DNA of 44,277 bases, from the IMG/VR virus record IMGVR_UViG_3300033076_000517, positions 1-44,277 of that record, one strand, 5' to 3'. Positions within the stretch are counted from its first letter, which is position 1; each line of letters starts with the position of its first letter. Shown one piece after another: positions 41,788 to 44,277 of the stretch. Position numbers and translations under genes: made by a program. The notes below the pieces were generated by a model. It had not been told where the DNA came from and searched no databases. It saw only the letters and a program-made list of their open reading frames with translations. The DNA comes from a virus. Lineage: Duplodnaviria > Caudoviricetes.

Positions 41788-43512
41788 ATGCCAGACCAGA
41801 TCGACGCCAACGGGCTGACGCCCAAGCAGCGCTACATGAAGCGCTGGTCGATGCTGCGCGCCGAGCGCGCAACATGGCTGCCCGACTACCGCGATCTGGT
41901 GGACTACGTCGCGCCCCTGTCCGGGCGCTTCTTCTACACCGACGCCAACAAGGGCAACAAGGTACAGCGCCAGAAGAAGGTCTACGACACCACGGCCAAG
42001 CGCTCGCTGACCGTGCTGTCTGCTGGCCTGATGGCGGGCATGACCAGCCCGGCTCGCCCGTGGTTCCGTCTGGCCCTGTCCGACCGCGTGCTGATGGAGC
42101 GCCACGACGTGAAGACGTGGCTGCAGGATGTCACCGACCAGATGCGCGAGGTCTTCTCGCGCTCGAACACCTACCGCGCGCTGCACCAGATGTACTACGA
42201 GCTGGGCGCCTTCGGCACCGCAGCCTCGGTGGTCATGCCCGACTTCGACAACGTCATCCACCTGTACCCGCTGACCATCGGCGAGTATTGCTTGGCGACC
42301 AACGAGAAGGGCATCGTCAACACGCTCTACCGCGAGTTCAACATGACGGTGGGCCAGATGGTGAGCCAGTTCGGCAAAGACAACTGCAGCATGCAGGTGC
42401 AGCAGCAGTACGACCGGGGCAACCTCGACCAGTGGGTGCCGGTGCATCACGTCATCGAGCCTCGGCTGGGCCGCGACATCACCAAGCTCGACAACCGCAA
42501 CATGAAGTTCAAGTCGGTGTACTACGAGCTCGGCGGTCAGGTCGACCCCAACAAGCTGCTCTCCGAGTCGGGCTACAAGCGCTTTCGCGCACTGGCCGCC
42601 CGCTGGAACGTGACCGGCAACGATGTCTACGGCACGGGCCCAGGCCACGATGCGCTGCCCGACATTCGCCAGCTGCAGTTCGAGCAGCTGCGCAAGGGCC
42701 AAGCGATTGACTACCAAGTGCAGCCGCCGCTGGCCGTGCCCGCATCGCTGCGCGAGGCTGGCATCAACCGCCTGCCCGGCGGTGTGCAGTTCGTCGACAG
42801 CGTGGGCCCAGAGAACACCATCCGCAGCATGTTCGAGGTCAACCTCAACCTGCAGCACCTGATGGAGTCGATCTACGACGTGCGCAGCCGCATCAAGAGC
42901 AACTTCTACGAAGACCTGTTCCTGATGCTGGCGAACGACACCCGCAGCGGGATCACTGCCACCGAGGTGGCCGAGCGCCACGAAGAGAAGCTGCTGATGC
43001 TCGGCCCCGTGCTGGAGCGCCTGCACAACGAGCTGCTCGACCCCCTGATCGACTCGACCTTCGAGGCGCTCTCGGAGGCTGGCGCACTGCCCCCCATCCC
43101 TGACGCCCTGCGCGGCATGGACATCAATGTCGAGTACGTCTCGGTGCTGGCCCAAGCCCAGCGCGCCGTGGGTCTTGCCTCCTACGACCGGGCCATCGCC
43201 ACGGTGGGCGCCATCGCTGGCGCCACGCAAGACCCCACGGTGTGGGACAAGCTCGACACCGACCAGATCATCGACGAGTACACCGACGCGCTGGGCCTGC
43301 CCCCGCGCACGGTGCGCAGCGACGAGCAAGTGGCCGCCATGCGTGCCGAGCGCGCCAAGAAGCAGCAGGCCGCCGAGTCGTTGGCCGCCGCCCAGTCGAT
43401 GGCCGACACGGCAGCCACCGCAAGCCAAGTCGATCCCGCCCGCATCCAAGATGTCATGGGCATGTTCTCGGGCTACGGCAGCCCGACCCCCGTTGAAGCA
43501 GGAGCCCTGTAA
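41788..43512 (+). CDS. Portal / head-to-tail connector (T7 gp8-like)
   Basis: GMTSPARPWFRL, YGTGPG..ALPD, TATEVAERHEEKLLMLGPVLERL. Confidence 0.92.
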   Translation: MPDQIDANGLTPKQRYMKRWSMLRAERATWLPDYRDLVDYVAPLSGRFFYTDANKGNKVQRQKKVYDTTAKRSLTVLSAGLMAGMTSPARPWFRLALSDRVLMERHDVKTWLQDVTDQMREVFSRSNTYRALHQMYYELGAFGTAASVVMPDFDNVIHLYPLTIGEYCLATNEKGIVNTLYREFNMTVGQMVSQFGKDNCSMQVQQQYDRGNLDQWVPVHHVIEPRLGRDITKLDNRNMKFKSVYYELGGQVDPNKLLSESGYKRFRALAARWNVTGNDVYGTGPGHDALPDIRQLQFEQLRKGQAIDYQVQPPLAVPASLREAGINRLPGGVQFVDSVGPENTIRSMFEVNLNLQHLMESIYDVRSRIKSNFYEDLFLMLANDTRSGITATEVAERHEEKLLMLGPVLERLHNELLDPLIDSTFEALSEAGALPPIPDALRGMDINVEYVSVLAQAQRAVGLASYDRAIATVGAIAGATQDPTVWDKLDTDQIIDEYTDALGLPPRTVRSDEQVAAMRAERAKKQQAAESLAAAQSMADTAATASQVDPARIQDVMGMFSGYGSPTPVEAGAL

Positions 43513-43823
43513 TGGTCAGTCTGAAACTTTCCCCCGTCGAAGCCGCAGAAGCCACCGCGCTCACCGCCGAGCCCGACAAGCCCAACTACGGCTACGGCAC
43601 TTGCGTGCAGCTCAACGACGAGCAGGTCGAGGCGCTGGGCATCGCCAAGCTGCCCGTGGGCACCAAGGTCAAGATCGTCGCCTTCGGCGTGATCGACTCG
43701 ACCCGCATTGAAGTGGGCGAGGAGGGCGAAGCGCCCTACATGAGCATCCAGCTCACCGACATGGAAGTTGGTGGCGCCTCCAGCGTCAACGCCTCGGCCA
43801 TGTACCCCAGTTCCAACGGCTAA
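43512..43823 (+). CDS. Capsid staple-like protein
   Basis: YGYGTCVQLNDEQVEALGI.KLPVG...SIQLTDM; follows portal. Confidence 0.6.
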   Translation: MVSLKLSPVEAAEATALTAEPDKPNYGYGTCVQLNDEQVEALGIAKLPVGTKVKIVAFGVIDSTRIEVGEEGEAPYMSIQLTDMEVGGASSVNASAMYPSSNG

Positions 43824-43833
43824 GGAGTAGACC

Positions 43834-44112
43834 ATGCCATTGTCCAAAGACGTTTACGTCACATCCAACGACTTCTCGCCCATCGTCTCGATCAAGGCCG
43901 TGACGCCCAACGACGCCTCCGATCTGCCCGATGGTGCTTGCCGCGCCTTGCTCATCACAGGCGCTGGCAATTTGCGCATCACCACCGCAGGCGGCGACAC
44001 CGTCACGCTGCCAATCTCGGCCAACTGGTTCGGTGTGACCTACATCCGTGCGGCCCGCATCCACGCCACCGGCACCACGGTGAGCGCGGCCAACATCTTC
44101 GCCTGCTACTGA
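43834..44112 (+). CDS. Head spike base protein (Rcc01079-like), paralog A1
   Basis: Same length as, and highly similar to, 715-993. Confidence 0.7.
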   Translation: MPLSKDVYVTSNDFSPIVSIKAVTPNDASDLPDGACRALLITGAGNLRITTAGGDTVTLPISANWFGVTYIRAARIHATGTTVSAANIFACY

Positions 44113-44134
44113 TTCAAACCCCAAGGAGCACACC

Positions 44135-44277
44135 ATGCCCAACCAACTCTTCGACCAGAAGTTCTATTCCAAGGACAACCAGCAGCACTCCGAGCTGCAA
44201 GGCGTGGCGGTCACCCCCGCCGATGGCACTGACCTGCCCAACGGCGTGTGCGAGGCCATCTACGTCACCGGCGCTGG
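44135..44277 (+). CDS. Head spike base protein paralog B1 (3' truncated)
   Basis: MPNQLFDQKFYSKDNQQHSELQGVAVTPADGTDLP..., paralog of 1015-1311. Confidence 0.7.
   Translation, partial: MPNQLFDQKFYSKDNQQHSELQGVAVTPADGTDLPNGVCEAIYVTGA

Larger units (their letters stand above)
1..44277. mobile_element. BPP-1/epsilon15-like podovirus genome, near complete and circularly permuted
   Basis: Complete set of terminase, T7-type portal, MCP, tail tube, ejection, lysis and replication genes. Late gene order continues from the window end to the window start. No host genes seen. Confidence 0.93.

Noticed and set aside
44201-44277. Direct terminal repeat marking physical genome ends
   Set aside because: Matches an internal position (1084-1160) inside a gene, and its length fits an assembly k-mer.

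Overview
The window is a near-complete, circularly permuted genome of a GC-rich temperate-looking podovirus of the Bordetella BPP-1/epsilon15-like type. A betaproteobacterial host is plausible but only inferred. The + strand late region runs terS-terL-portal-staple-head spike cassettes across the window ends, then scaffold, MCP, cement, tail tubes, ejection proteins (including a 3218-aa polyvalent protein), tail fibre and lysis genes. The - strand early/replication region carries a SNF2 helicase, VRR-NUC nuclease, family A DNA polymerase, SSB and Cas4-like exonuclease, followed by a CI/Cro-like switch and a primase-helicase with a probable origin. The main finding is that no integrase is visible, yet a dif-like site with an intact XerC arm and central hexamer but a degenerate XerD arm (23984-24011) sits beside an HTH+DUF3653-like gene resembling the Xer activation factor XafT. 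This suggests a tailed dsDNA phage that integrates at the host dif via host XerCD (a TLC-type IMEX). Other notable features are a virion-delivered polyprotein with ART-like, Ogg-like glycosylase and metallopeptidase modules joined by LxQ-type linkers, duplicated RcGTA-type head-spike cassettes at the contig ends, a conserved late-promoter motif, a 16-bp operator network, a tRNA-like element before the polymerase, and a shared C-terminal DDLA tag on four DNA-handling proteins. All family calls are by-eye motif recognition, not database searches.
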